In this document: piece by piece, positions 1 through 9,487 of the stretch
How the letters are laid out: every line of letters starts with the position of its first letter
Position numbering within the stretch: position 1 is the stretch's first letter
Source: Actinomycetes bacterium
GTDB taxonomy: Bacteria; Actinomycetota; Thermoleophilia; RBG-16-64-13
Length of the DNA stretch: 64,000 nt
NCBI GenBank assembly: GCA_021372435.1
Contig: JAJFUK010000110.1
Location: forward strand, 9,022-73,021
Direction of reading: 5' to 3'
Position numbers and translations under genes: made by a program
Notes under the pieces: model-generated
The model's input: the letters and a program-made list of their open reading frames with translations, nothing else
What the model was told of the DNA's origin: nothing
Databases searched by the model: none

Positions 1-102
1 CTCCCGTCCCGATGGTCGTGAAGGGCGCGAGGGGTGCGTCCACCCAAAGGCGGGCGCCCTCGAGAGCGCGCAGCTCTCTGATCACGACTGGGGAGAGCGT
101 CA
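1..102 (-). CDS. murB: UDP-N-acetylenolpyruvoylglucosamine reductase MurB, N-terminal fragment that runs off the window
   Basis: Minus-strand ATG at 102..100, 14 nt after the murC stop. Translation MTLSPVVIRELRALEGARLWVDAPLAPFTTIGTG resembles the MurB N-terminus (PLAP.TT..GG motif). Sits at the expected place in the dcw cluster. Confidence 0.55.
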
Positions 103-116
103 TCCCGGACCGACCG

Positions 117-1520
117 TCAAGCCGCGGCCAGAAAGCGCTCACCTACCCGGTGGACATCACCGGCACCCAGGGTGAGCACCAGGTCGCCGGGCGTCGTCAT
201 GCGCTCGAGATAGTCGACGACCGAGCCCAAGCGAGGGAGATAGACCACCGGGTGGTTCCTACTCAGACGGAGCATGTCGTCGACGATCAGCTTGCCGCTC
301 ACACCCGGCCGGGGGTCCTCGCGCGCGCCGTACACGTCGGTCACGACCACGACATCCGCTTCGAGGAGCGCCTCGGCGAACTCAGTGTGCAGGAATTCGG
401 TGCGCGAATACAGGTGTGGCTGAAAGACCGCGATCACCCGTTTCCACTCTCCCTCCCTGGCCGCGCGCAGCGTGGCCCGCAACTCGGTGGGATGATGGGC
501 ATAGTCGTCGACCACCGTCACTCCCTCCCGTTCCCCCTTCAGCTCGAAGCGGCGCACAGCTCCGGTGAACGAGGTCAACGTCTGGGCGATCTGCCCGGCC
601 GCCAGGTCGAGCTCGCTGAGGGTGGCGAAGCAGGCCAATGCGTTCAGCACGTTGTGGCGTCCGGGCACCTGGAGGGCGAGGGAGGCGAGCCGCTCTTCTC
701 CGCGCCAGACGGTGAAGCTGCTCCCCGGATGTCCAGACACGACGTCCCGGGCCTGGTAGTCGGCGGTCGGAGCGAAGCCGTAGGAGCAGGCCCGGCAGGT
801 GACACCGCCGGCCAGGGCCCCCAAACGCGGGTCCTCGGCGCAATGGATAAAGAGGCCGCGATCGGGTAGACGGCCCAGGAAGGTGCAAAAGACCCGTTCT
901 ACGTCTTCGACATGCAGGTAGTGACTGTGATGGTCGAGTTCCAGGTTGGTGACCACGGCCACTTCGGGCTTCAGAAAGAGAAGCGAGCCGTCCGATTCGT
1001 CGGCCTCGCAAACGACGAACTCCCCATCGCCATGCCGGGCGTTGGAGCCGAGGTCGTTCAGTTCGCCACCCACAAGGAAGGTGGGGTCGAGACCGGCGTC
1101 GACCAGTCCCCGGCTGATCATGCTGGTGGTCGTGGTCTTGCCGTGCGTGCCGCATACGGCGATCCCCCGGCCGGACTCCATGAGCCAGGCAAGGGCCTGC
1201 GCGCGTCTGACCACGGGGACTCCGCGGCGACGGGCTTCCTGAAGCTCCACATTGTGCGCCGGAATGGCCGACGAGATGACGACCACATCCGGATGGTCGA
1301 GATTGGTTGCCTTGTGACCGATGCGGACCGGCACACCGGCGTTCTCAAGCAGGGTCACGTACCGGGAAGGCTTGAGATCGGAGCCGGTGACGTGGTAGCC
1401 GCGCCTGTGGAGCACCAAGGCGATACCGCTCATGCCCGCGCCCCCGATCCCGATGAAATGCAGACTGCGTACCGCCTCAGGCGTCGCGGGCGGCCCGGTG
1501 TCGGTCAATTGTTCAGTCAT
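117..1520 (-). CDS. murC: UDP-N-acetylmuramate--L-alanine ligase
   Basis: 467-aa ORF with the Mur ligase N-terminal GIGGAGMSGIA motif and the GTHGKTTTTSM P-loop. Position in the dcw cluster fits. Confidence 0.9.
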   Translation of the reverse strand: MTEQLTDTGPPATPEAVRSLHFIGIGGAGMSGIALVLHRRGYHVTGSDLKPSRYVTLLENAGVPVRIGHKATNLDHPDVVVISSAIPAHNVELQEARRRGVPVVRRAQALAWLMESGRGIAVCGTHGKTTTTSMISRGLVDAGLDPTFLVGGELNDLGSNARHGDGEFVVCEADESDGSLLFLKPEVAVVTNLELDHHSHYLHVEDVERVFCTFLGRLPDRGLFIHCAEDPRLGALAGGVTCRACSYGFAPTADYQARDVVSGHPGSSFTVWRGEERLASLALQVPGRHNVLNALACFATLSELDLAAGQIAQTLTSFTGAVRRFELKGEREGVTVVDDYAHHPTELRATLRAAREGEWKRVIAVFQPHLYSRTEFLHTEFAEALLEADVVVVTDVYGAREDPRPGVSGKLIVDDMLRLSRNHPVVYLPRLGSVVDYLERMTTPGDLVLTLGAGDVHRVGERFLAAA

Positions 1521-2616
1521 GGGGTCTCCCTGCTGACGAGGCGACCAATTCTACCACGACGTCGGCGATGCGGTCGGCGGCGTCCGGTCTGGCTAGGGCA
1601 AGGGCCGCCCGGCGCATGCGGACGTTCACCCCCGGGTCGAGGAGGGTCGCCACGGCCTCCGAAAGGCGTCTTGCGTCGAGTTCCGCGTCGGCCACCATCA
1701 GCGCCGCCCCCGCCTCCACCACCGTGCGGGCGTTGACGGTCTGATGGTCCCCCGCCGCCAGCGGGTAGGGGACCAAGAGGGAGGGGATCCCCCGGGCCAG
1801 GACCTCCGCCACCGATCCCCCCGCCCGGGCCACCACCGCGTCCGCGGCGGCCAGAGCCAGGGGAAAGTCATCAAGGAAGGGATGGGCCTGGTAAAGCGGA
1901 TTGGCATCGGGACCCTTCAGAGCGGCGGCCACCTGCTCGTACTCCCGTTCTCCGGTCACATGGACGACCTGGAAGGGCGTGCGGACGTGGGCGAAGGCGT
2001 CCACTGTCACGCGGTTGAGGGTGTGTGAGCCCAGGCTTCCGCCGAAGACCAGCAGTACGGGTTTGTCAGGGTGCAGACCGAAACGGGCCCACCCTTCCTC
2101 ACGGGTCGCCGCGAGCAGAGCGGGCCGCAACGGCCTCCCTGTGTACACGTACTTGTCCCCCGTCCGTCTGGGATCGGGGAACGAGAGGCAGACCTTGTCC
2201 ACCAACCAGCTGAGGATGCGGTTGGTCCATCCCATGTACGAATCCATCTCCACGGCCACAGCAGGTATCCTGCGGACGGCGGCCTCGGCCACGATGGGAC
2301 CGGACGCATATGCTCCCACCCCCACCACGCAGTCGGGACGGAAAGCACGCAACAGACGCCAAGCGTCCACACCCGCCACAGGAATGGACCCGAGCGTGTG
2401 GAGGGTGGAGAGTCCCAACCGGCGCGTGAACCCGCGGATACGGACCACTGAGAAGGGATAACCGGCGCGGGGGACAAGCCGTCTCTCCATCCCCCGGTCG
2501 GTCCCGCAGAACCCCACCTCGTGGCCCCTCTTCGTCAGCACGTCAGCGAGCGCCAGGGCGGGGACCACGTGCCCGGCCGTCCCGCCGCCCGCGATCAATA
2601 TCCGCGACATTCTCAC
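1513..2616 (-). CDS. murG: Lipid II synthase MurG (undecaprenyldiphospho-muramoylpentapeptide beta-N-acetylglucosaminyltransferase)
   Basis: 367 aa. N-terminal IAGGGTAGHVVPALAL motif and a GT-B glycosyltransferase C-terminal half. Lies between ftsW and murC. Confidence 0.9.
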   Translation of the reverse strand: MRMSRILIAGGGTAGHVVPALALADVLTKRGHEVGFCGTDRGMERRLVPRAGYPFSVVRIRGFTRRLGLSTLHTLGSIPVAGVDAWRLLRAFRPDCVVGVGAYASGPIVAEAAVRRIPAVAVEMDSYMGWTNRILSWLVDKVCLSFPDPRRTGDKYVYTGRPLRPALLAATREEGWARFGLHPDKPVLLVFGGSLGSHTLNRVTVDAFAHVRTPFQVVHVTGEREYEQVAAALKGPDANPLYQAHPFLDDFPLALAAADAVVARAGGSVAEVLARGIPSLLVPYPLAAGDHQTVNARTVVEAGAALMVADAELDARRLSEAVATLLDPGVNVRMRRAALALARPDAADRIADVVVELVASSAGRPHD

Positions 2617-3832
2617 ACCTCGTTGCAGAAGACGCCGCCCGTGCGGGCGCCCGCCGGGCGACCGCCAAGATCAGGCCGACGGCCGCCAGCATCACCAAAA
2701 GACAGCTGCGACCGTAACTGATGAAGGGGAGCGGCACTCCGGTCAACGGCATCGCCCCGATGACGCCGCCGATGTTGACGACCGCCTGCAGGATGACAAG
2801 CATCCCACATCCGGCGATCAGATACTTGCCCATGGGATCGGTACAGCGTCGAGCCAGCTGCCAACAGGCCAGGGCGAACAGTCCAAACAGCACCAGCACC
2901 AGTCCCGTGCCCACAAGACCGAACTCCTCCCCCAGTATGCTGAAGATCATGTCGGTGTGCGCCTCGGGGAGATACTGGAACTTCTGGATGCTCTCCCCCG
3001 GTCCTACTCCGAACCATCCGCCCCTTCCGAGCGCGACGAGCGACTGCCACAGTTGATAGCTGTCGCCGAGCGGGTCCGCCGATGGGTCAAGGAACGACAA
3101 GATGCGGGCTTTGCGCTCACTGCTCGAGAACACGACGGCGGCGGCCACGGCTGCAGACGCTCCGGACACCGCCAACCAGTGACTCCGTTTCATGCCGGCG
3201 AGCCAGAGGATGCCCAGCAGCAGCCCAGCGATGATGATGGCCGTCCCCAGGTCTCCCTCGAGCACCACCAGTCCACACATAGCGGCCGCGACCATCCCGA
3301 ACGGCCACACGTACGACCCGAAGTCGCCTGTTCGCACCCTTCTCACAGAGAGGAGATGGGCCCCGGCCATCACCACCGCCAGCTTGGCGACTTCCGACGG
3401 CTGGATGGTGAGGGGACCAAGCTTGAGCCAACTGGACGAGCCTCCCTCGCTGTGGCCGAGCCCCGGGACATGGACCAAGAGCAGCAGGACCGCCGACACG
3501 GCCAGGAACATCACCGACGGCGCCCGCAGTCTGGAATAGTCGACCCGGCTCAGCCCCACCAGGGCGACCAGCCCGATCCCCGCGGCGATCGCCTGCGGAC
3601 GCACGTAGACGAACTTGTCGCCCCCGTGGAGTGCTTCGGCCATCGAGACGGAGAGCACCATGCAGATGCCCGCCGTCAGCAGGAGCAGTGTCGTGATCCA
3701 CACCAAGTGGTATGAGGCCGGAGCGGCATCCTTGAGGGTGGTGGAGTGGGAGACGCGCCGTCTGCTCCCTCGAGACGCAGCGGGGCTACGCTCCGGCCCG
3801 ACCCGTTCCGTGCGGACGGCGGCCGGGCTCAT
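2543..3832 (-). CDS. ftsW: SEDS-family peptidoglycan glycosyltransferase / cell division protein FtsW
   Basis: 429-aa polytopic membrane protein with the conserved SEDS C-terminal region (PLTGVPLPFISYGRS). Its start ATG overlaps the murD stop. Its 3' end overlaps the murG start by about 70 nt. Confidence 0.85.
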   Translation of the reverse strand: MSPAAVRTERVGPERSPAASRGSRRRVSHSTTLKDAAPASYHLVWITTLLLLTAGICMVLSVSMAEALHGGDKFVYVRPQAIAAGIGLVALVGLSRVDYSRLRAPSVMFLAVSAVLLLLVHVPGLGHSEGGSSSWLKLGPLTIQPSEVAKLAVVMAGAHLLSVRRVRTGDFGSYVWPFGMVAAAMCGLVVLEGDLGTAIIIAGLLLGILWLAGMKRSHWLAVSGASAAVAAAVVFSSSERKARILSFLDPSADPLGDSYQLWQSLVALGRGGWFGVGPGESIQKFQYLPEAHTDMIFSILGEEFGLVGTGLVLVLFGLFALACWQLARRCTDPMGKYLIAGCGMLVILQAVVNIGGVIGAMPLTGVPLPFISYGRSCLLVMLAAVGLILAVARRAPARAASSATRCENVADIDRGRRDGRARGPRPGAR

Positions 3833-5340
3833 GACTGCTCCTCGGCCAGACGGGCGACCAGCTCTCTGAAGTGGGCGCCCCGCTCTTCGAAGCCGGAGTA
3901 TTGATCGAAACTGGCGCAGGCGGGGGCCAGCAGCACGACATCGCCGGGCCCGGCGGTCCGGGCTGCCGCCCGGACGGCCCTCTCCAAGTCACCGCAAAGC
4001 CTGACCTCCGGCACCCCCGGCACGTTCTCAGTGATGCGCACCTCGGCAAAGGCCTGCTCGATCAGAGGAGTGGCCTCACCGATCAGGTAGACCGCCCTGC
4101 AGCCGTGGGCGCAAGCCCGGGCTACCGGGCGGTAATCAGAGCCCTTGTCCCGGCCTCCCAGGATGAGATGCGTGTTCTCCGGATAGGCGCTCAAGGCGGT
4201 GAGCGTCGCCTCCACGTTGGTAGCTTTGCTGTCGTTGACATACGTCACCCCGCCGACCATTCCTGCCGTCTCGAGCCGGTGTGCGACTCCGGCGAAGGTC
4301 CGCAGGCCTTCGGCCACGGCCTCCCTATCGACACCGCGGGCGAGGGCGGCGGTGCCCGCCGCCAGGCAGTTCTCCAGATTGTGCGTACCGGGAAGGCGGA
4401 TGTCGTTCACCGGTAGGAGGGGCTCTCCCTCGAGGAACATCCGGCCTCCTTCGACCCAGGAGCAGAGCGGCGGCCTCCCTCCCCGAGGGCGCGCGGCGCC
4501 GGCACCGGCGCCTGCTCCGGCCGCGCCCGGCCCGCGCGCGCCGGACCGGCTTCCATCGGACCCCCGGGCCGAGAACAACGCCACCCGGGGGCCGCCGGGC
4601 CGCGCGGCAAGTTCACGCCCCACCGCCTCTACCGCCGGATCGGCCGCGTTCAGAACCGCAACGTCCTCCCCGCGCTGGTTGGCGAAGAGCTTGGCTTTGC
4701 AGGCCAGGTAGCGTTCTAAGGTCCCGTGCCGGTCCAGGTGGTCGGGCGTGAGGTTGAGAAAGACGCCCACCACCGGCCGGAACGCGTGGACATCCTCGAG
4801 CTGGAAGCTCGAGGCCTCGACCACCAGCTCTTCACCCGCCGCCGTCTCGTCCGCGGCGGAGGTCACGGCCACTCCGATGTTGCCCAGCACGCGCGCCGGC
4901 CGCCCCGCGGTCTCGAAGAGATGGCCGAGCAGGGCGGTGGTCGTCGTCTTCCCATTGGTGCCGGTGATGGCGTCAAAGGGGTTGGGGATCAGCACCCACG
5001 CCAGCTCCAGCTCGCTCCATACAGGCACGTCCCGGGCCCGCGCGAGAACCACCGGCTCCGCTTCGCCGGGGACGCCCGGGCTCTTCACCACCAGGTCCGG
5101 CGCCGGCCAATCGCCGGCCAGAGACCCCTCGGACACGAACCGGGCCCCAGCGTCGAGCGCCTGCCGCAGACCGGGAACCGATCCCTCATCACGACGGTCG
5201 CTCACGGTGACATCGAACCCCAGCCGGGCCAGGGCCGTCGAAGCACCGACCCCCGAACGGCCGGCCCCCAAGACCAGCACCCGCCGGACTCCAGGCGGCA
5301 GACCTGCGCCTCCCCGCGCGAGAGATGACGACGCGTCCAC
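3829..5340 (-). CDS. murD: UDP-N-acetylmuramoylalanine--D-glutamate ligase
   Basis: Mur ligase with an N-terminal Rossmann region (RVLVLGAGRSGVGAS) and the GTNGKTTT P-loop. The ORF in the track starts at 5523 but overlaps mraY. The likely start is a GTG at 5340, 14 nt after the mraY stop with a GAGGG Shine-Dalgarno sequence. Contains a Gly/Ala-rich low-complexity insertion. Confidence 0.8.
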   Translation of the reverse strand: MDASSSLARGGAGLPPGVRRVLVLGAGRSGVGASTALARLGFDVTVSDRRDEGSVPGLRQALDAGARFVSEGSLAGDWPAPDLVVKSPGVPGEAEPVVLARARDVPVWSELELAWVLIPNPFDAITGTNGKTTTTALLGHLFETAGRPARVLGNIGVAVTSAADETAAGEELVVEASSFQLEDVHAFRPVVGVFLNLTPDHLDRHGTLERYLACKAKLFANQRGEDVAVLNAADPAVEAVGRELAARPGGPRVALFSARGSDGSRSGARGPGAAGAGAGAGAARPRGGRPPLCSWVEGGRMFLEGEPLLPVNDIRLPGTHNLENCLAAGTAALARGVDREAVAEGLRTFAGVAHRLETAGMVGGVTYVNDSKATNVEATLTALSAYPENTHLILGGRDKGSDYRPVARACAHGCRAVYLIGEATPLIEQAFAEVRITENVPGVPEVRLCGDLERAVRAAARTAGPGDVVLLAPACASFDQYSGFEERGAHFRELVARLAEEQS

Positions 5341-5353
5341 TCGGCGCCCTCGT

Positions 5354-6334
5354 TCAGCCGGCCGGTAGCCGGGTGTTGCTGAGGTAGTAGAGGGCGAACC
5401 CTGCTCCGGCCAGGATGGCGGCGATGAGCCAGAAGCGGATGATGATCTTCGTCTCCGACCAGCCTTTGAGCTCGAAATGGTGATGGATGGGGGCCATGAG
5501 GAACACGCGCCTGTGGAACACACGGAAACTCAGGACCTGGATCATGACGCTCAAGGCTTCGACCACGAAGAGACCGCCGATGAGCAGGGAAAGTATCTCC
5601 ATGTTGGTCACCACGGCCATGCCCGCCACCGCCCCTCCGATGGCCAGCGACCCGGTGTCGCCCATGAAGACGGTGGCCGGATGAGCGTTGTACCAGAGGA
5701 ACCCGACCGAGGCTCCCATCAGACAGGCGGCGAACATGGCCATTTCGGTCTTGCCCTGCAAAAAGGCCACTCCCGAGTAGGCCAACAGCGCCACCGCCCC
5801 TGCACCGGCCGCCAGACCGTCCAGCCCGTCGGTCAGGTTCACCGCGTTCGAGAAGCCTGCGATGAGTAGGAAGGCGAAGGGGTAATAGAGCCAGCCGATA
5901 TCCACTCCCTCGCGGAGGAACGGTACCGCCAGTCTCGTGTCGACCCCTCCGTACCGGACCGCGATGAACAAGGCCACCGCGACCAACGGTATCTGCATCA
6001 GGAGCTTGGTCCGCGCGCTCAGGCCCAGGGACCGCTGCCTCCGCTGGCCGATGAGGTCGTCCAGGAACCCGATGAGACCGGAGCCGAGCGTGAGCAAGAC
6101 CACGACCAGACTCGGGACCGTCTTGGTGGCGAAGATGAGGTAGGGGATGAGCGCGGCCACCAGGATCAGGACGCCGCCCATGGTAGGGGTCCCCTGCTTG
6201 GCGTTATGACGCTCAGGGGAGAGATCCCGGATGTTCTGCCCGATGCCCCGCCGCTGGAGCCACCGGATGAATCGCGGTCCCGCCGCGATCCCGATGACCA
6301 CCGCCAGTAGCGTGGCCGCCATCAACTTCAGCAC
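5354..6334 (-). CDS. mraY: Phospho-N-acetylmuramoyl-pentapeptide transferase
   Basis: 326-aa polytopic membrane protein with MraY/WecA signatures (DDLIG, NAVNLTDGLDGLA, MGDTGSLAIGG). Confidence 0.9.
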   Translation of the reverse strand: MLKLMAATLLAVVIGIAAGPRFIRWLQRRGIGQNIRDLSPERHNAKQGTPTMGGVLILVAALIPYLIFATKTVPSLVVVLLTLGSGLIGFLDDLIGQRRQRSLGLSARTKLLMQIPLVAVALFIAVRYGGVDTRLAVPFLREGVDIGWLYYPFAFLLIAGFSNAVNLTDGLDGLAAGAGAVALLAYSGVAFLQGKTEMAMFAACLMGASVGFLWYNAHPATVFMGDTGSLAIGGAVAGMAVVTNMEILSLLIGGLFVVEALSVMIQVLSFRVFHRRVFLMAPIHHHFELKGWSETKIIIRFWLIAAILAGAGFALYYLSNTRLPAG

Positions 6335-7824
6335 GGCTTCATCTCCTCAGGCTCATCAGCGCCTTCGCCTCCGGACGAGCCGGAAGGCGCCCACCTCCCG
6401 GCCTCCGCCAGAGCGGCCACCCGGTCGACCATGCCCTCCAGCTTCACACCCCGTGAGGCCTTGAACAGGACCACATCGCCGGGCCGAAGACCGACCTCCA
6501 CTGAAGAGCTTTCTTCGGACGAGCCCACATGTCCTGCAGTCCGCCGTCGCGCCCGTCCCGGCGCGCCCTCTGCCCGTGCCCGGAAGCCGTCCACGATGAC
6601 GGCAGCCCGCGCTCCTACTCCCCACAGCGCCTGCACTCCCAGGTCGGCCGCGTACTCCCCCACCTCCCGGTGGTACGCCTCGGATCGCGGACCCAGTTCC
6701 AACATGTCGCCCAGTACCGCCACCGGCCGCCAATCGTTCTCCGCCGCAAGCCGCACCAGATCGTCCAGCGCCGCCCGTACGGCCGCCGGATTGGCGTTGT
6801 ACGTGTCATCGACCAGCACGATCCCCGGGAAGCGCAACACCTCGCCCCTTCCCCCGCCGAACCGCACGTCCGCGATCGCCTCCACACACCCGTCCACCGG
6901 CAGGCCCGCCGCATAGCACGCCGCCGCCGCTGCGACGATGTTCTCCAGCCTGTAGGCCGGCAGGTCAAAAGTCTCTACCTCAGCCTCACCCCCGGGCCAC
7001 CGCAGCGCGACTGCGCATCCTGCCGCTTCCCGCCGCCGTTCAAACCAGGCTTCGACGTCGGCCGCGCCCTCGGCCGCGTCCATCTGGGGACGGGCGCTGA
7101 AGCGCACTACCTTGCATCCACGACCCACCAGATATGGCCCTAACACCGCGCAGTCCGCCGGGACGACCATCGCACCGCCGCTCTTCACTTCCTCGATGAG
7201 CTCAGCCTTAGCTTCAGCTACAGCCTGTAGGCTACCTAGAAGCTCAAGGTGGACTGGATGCACGCTGGTGATGACGCCGATATCCGGTTCGGCTACGCGT
7301 GCCAGCGTCCTGATCTGCCCTCGCCCCCGCATGCCCATCTCGACGATCACCACTTCGGTCTCCGGCTTGATCGCAAGCAGCGTGAGAGGGACACCGACCT
7401 CGTTGTTCTGGTTGGCCGCCGTAGCCACCGTGCGACGGACCCGGCCGGCCATGGCGGCCAGCACGTCTTTCGTGCCGGTCTTTCCCACACTACCCGTGAT
7501 GGCGAAGACCAGAGCCGAGGACTTCCGTCGCACGGCTCGAGCCAAGGCCCCCAACGCCTGGAGCGTGTCGTCGACCCGGTAGAGGGGGCGCTCCGCCTCG
7601 ATCGTCCGGTCTCCCCAGGCGCGCTTCTCGACGACGGCTCCCGCTGCGCCCGCGGCGAAGGCGGCCTCGACGAAGTCATGACCGTCGAACCGTTCTCCCC
7701 GCAGAGCCACGAAGAGATCGCCGGACTTGAGAGACCGGCTGTCGATCGCCACTCCGACGACCGGAAAGGCGAGCGGCTCGAGGCCGAGTGCGCGCCCCGC
7801 TTCTTCCGCCGAAAGGGGGATCAT
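6328..7824 (-). CDS. murF: UDP-N-acetylmuramoyl-tripeptide--D-alanyl-D-alanine ligase
   Basis: 498-aa Mur ligase (ITGSVGKTGTKD P-loop, DDTYNANP). Its start overlaps the murE stop. Has a C-terminal extension of about 40 aa. Confidence 0.85.
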   Translation of the reverse strand: MIPLSAEEAGRALGLEPLAFPVVGVAIDSRSLKSGDLFVALRGERFDGHDFVEAAFAAGAAGAVVEKRAWGDRTIEAERPLYRVDDTLQALGALARAVRRKSSALVFAITGSVGKTGTKDVLAAMAGRVRRTVATAANQNNEVGVPLTLLAIKPETEVVIVEMGMRGRGQIRTLARVAEPDIGVITSVHPVHLELLGSLQAVAEAKAELIEEVKSGGAMVVPADCAVLGPYLVGRGCKVVRFSARPQMDAAEGAADVEAWFERRREAAGCAVALRWPGGEAEVETFDLPAYRLENIVAAAAACYAAGLPVDGCVEAIADVRFGGGRGEVLRFPGIVLVDDTYNANPAAVRAALDDLVRLAAENDWRPVAVLGDMLELGPRSEAYHREVGEYAADLGVQALWGVGARAAVIVDGFRARAEGAPGRARRRTAGHVGSSEESSSVEVGLRPGDVVLFKASRGVKLEGMVDRVAALAEAGRWAPSGSSGGEGADEPEEMKPC

Positions 7825-9446
7825 CGACGCTCCGCCAGCAGATCGCCCAGGGCCTCGCGGGCCACCTGGCGATCGTCAAAAGGCACCGTCTCGGTGGCGA
7901 ACTCCTGACCTGATTCGTGCCCTTTGCCGAGGATCATTACGACATCGCCCGCCGCAGCCGCTCTGAGGGCCGTCAAGATGGCCGACCTGCGGTCGGGCTG
8001 CACAGTCACGTCGGCCGGGGACTCAAGCCCTGCCACGATATCGGCGATTATCGCCGAAGGGTCCTCAGTCCGGGGATTATCCGAGGTTATGACCACCAGG
8101 TCGGCGGCCTTCTCGGCCTCTCTGCCCATGAGCGGCCGTTTGGTCTTGTCACGGTCGCCGCCGCAACCGAGCACGGCTATCAACTTTCCCTCAGTGATGC
8201 CCCGGGCCGTTTTCAGCACGTTGGCCACCGAGTCGGGAGTGTGGGCGTAGTCGACCAGCACGGTGAAGTCCTGCCCCGCATCCACGGATTCCATGCGGCC
8301 CGGCACCCCGCCGAAGTCCGCCACCGCCGCCAGCATCTGCTCCAGGTCGAGTCCCAATGCCAGCCCGATCCCCAGTGCGGTGAGAACGTTGGCCACGTTG
8401 AAGGCCCCCACCAGCCGCGTGAAGACCTCGACGCGCGCCTCCGCGGCGGCCGGGGCCGCGCCGGAGGCGCCGGCTCGGCCGGCCGGGTCGGCGGCCACCG
8501 CGCCGCCGCGCGCGACGCCACCCCGCTTACTCTGCCGAGCGTACGCGAGGGCCTTGCCCCGAAGGATCAGGGTACCGCGGGTGCCCCCGGCCCGCATGGA
8601 ATACTCGCTCCATTGGAGGTCGGCCGGGCCCCAATCGGGGACCACCGGCACAGTCGAAAGACTGAGCACCCGCTCCGGGGCGCATTGCTGGGCCAACCGT
8701 CTCCCGAAAGGATCGTCGACGTTGATGACCGCCATGGTGCTCTCAGGCGCGAACTCGGCATCGAGGAAGAGCCGTGTCTTCGCGGCGAAGTAGTCCTCGA
8801 GGCTCTTGTGATAGTCGAGGTGGTCCTGGGTGAGATTCGTGAACGCCACCGTCCGGAACCGGGTGCCTCTGGCCCGGCCCAAGTCCAGAGCATGTGAGGA
8901 GACCTCCATCACCGCGGCCTTGTCTCCGGCCGCCAACATCCCGGCAAGGTCACGCTGGATATCCAGGGCCTCAGGAGTGGTGCGGCCGGCCGGGAGAGTC
9001 CTGCCCCCGATCCGCCGTTCCACAGTGCCCAGAAGCCCGGCCGGCAGACCGGCCCGGTCGAGCAGATGCGCTGAAAGAAAAGCCGAGGTGGTCTTGCCGT
9101 TGGTGCCGGTGATGCCGACGGTCACGAGCTTCGAACTGGGATGGCCGTAGAAAGCCGCCGCCACCGGTCCCATGGCCGCCCGTACGGAGGGGACCACGAC
9201 CTGGGCCACCGGCAGGTCGAGCAGACGTTCGACGCAGACAGCGACCGCCCCCCGAGCGACGGCGGCGGCCGCGAAATCATGCCCGTCACGCGCGAAGCCG
9301 GGTACGCAGAAGAAAAGACAGCCGGGCCCGGCCTGGTCGCTCCGGTAAGCGAGTGAATCGATGGCGACATCCGCCGCGCCCGCCAGGCGCCGATCCTCGA
9401 CACCGGCGAAAAGGTCACTGAGTCTCACGCCGGGGGATTCTATCAT
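7821..9446 (-). CDS. murE: UDP-N-acetylmuramoyl-L-alanyl-D-glutamate--2,6-diaminopimelate ligase
   Basis: 541-aa Mur ligase (GITGTNGKTTSA P-loop, DYAHTPDS, DNPRTEDP). Confidence 0.9.
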   Translation of the reverse strand: MIESPGVRLSDLFAGVEDRRLAGAADVAIDSLAYRSDQAGPGCLFFCVPGFARDGHDFAAAAVARGAVAVCVERLLDLPVAQVVVPSVRAAMGPVAAAFYGHPSSKLVTVGITGTNGKTTSAFLSAHLLDRAGLPAGLLGTVERRIGGRTLPAGRTTPEALDIQRDLAGMLAAGDKAAVMEVSSHALDLGRARGTRFRTVAFTNLTQDHLDYHKSLEDYFAAKTRLFLDAEFAPESTMAVINVDDPFGRRLAQQCAPERVLSLSTVPVVPDWGPADLQWSEYSMRAGGTRGTLILRGKALAYARQSKRGGVARGGAVAADPAGRAGASGAAPAAAEARVEVFTRLVGAFNVANVLTALGIGLALGLDLEQMLAAVADFGGVPGRMESVDAGQDFTVLVDYAHTPDSVANVLKTARGITEGKLIAVLGCGGDRDKTKRPLMGREAEKAADLVVITSDNPRTEDPSAIIADIVAGLESPADVTVQPDRRSAILTALRAAAAGDVVMILGKGHESGQEFATETVPFDDRQVAREALGDLLAERR

Positions 9447-9487
9447 CAGCCGGGTCTCTCGGCCTGCCGGGACGACCGCCCACGGAC

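Noticed and set aside
12-869. 285-aa plus-strand ORF antisense to murC, and many similar long antisense ORFs (e.g. 19424..20689, 21841..22857, 26746..28413, 42284..43900, 49877..51154, 58399..59721)
   Set aside because: These are stop-codon-poor reverse frames typical of about 70% GC DNA. Each lies entirely inside a well-supported gene on the other strand and has no recognisable motifs.
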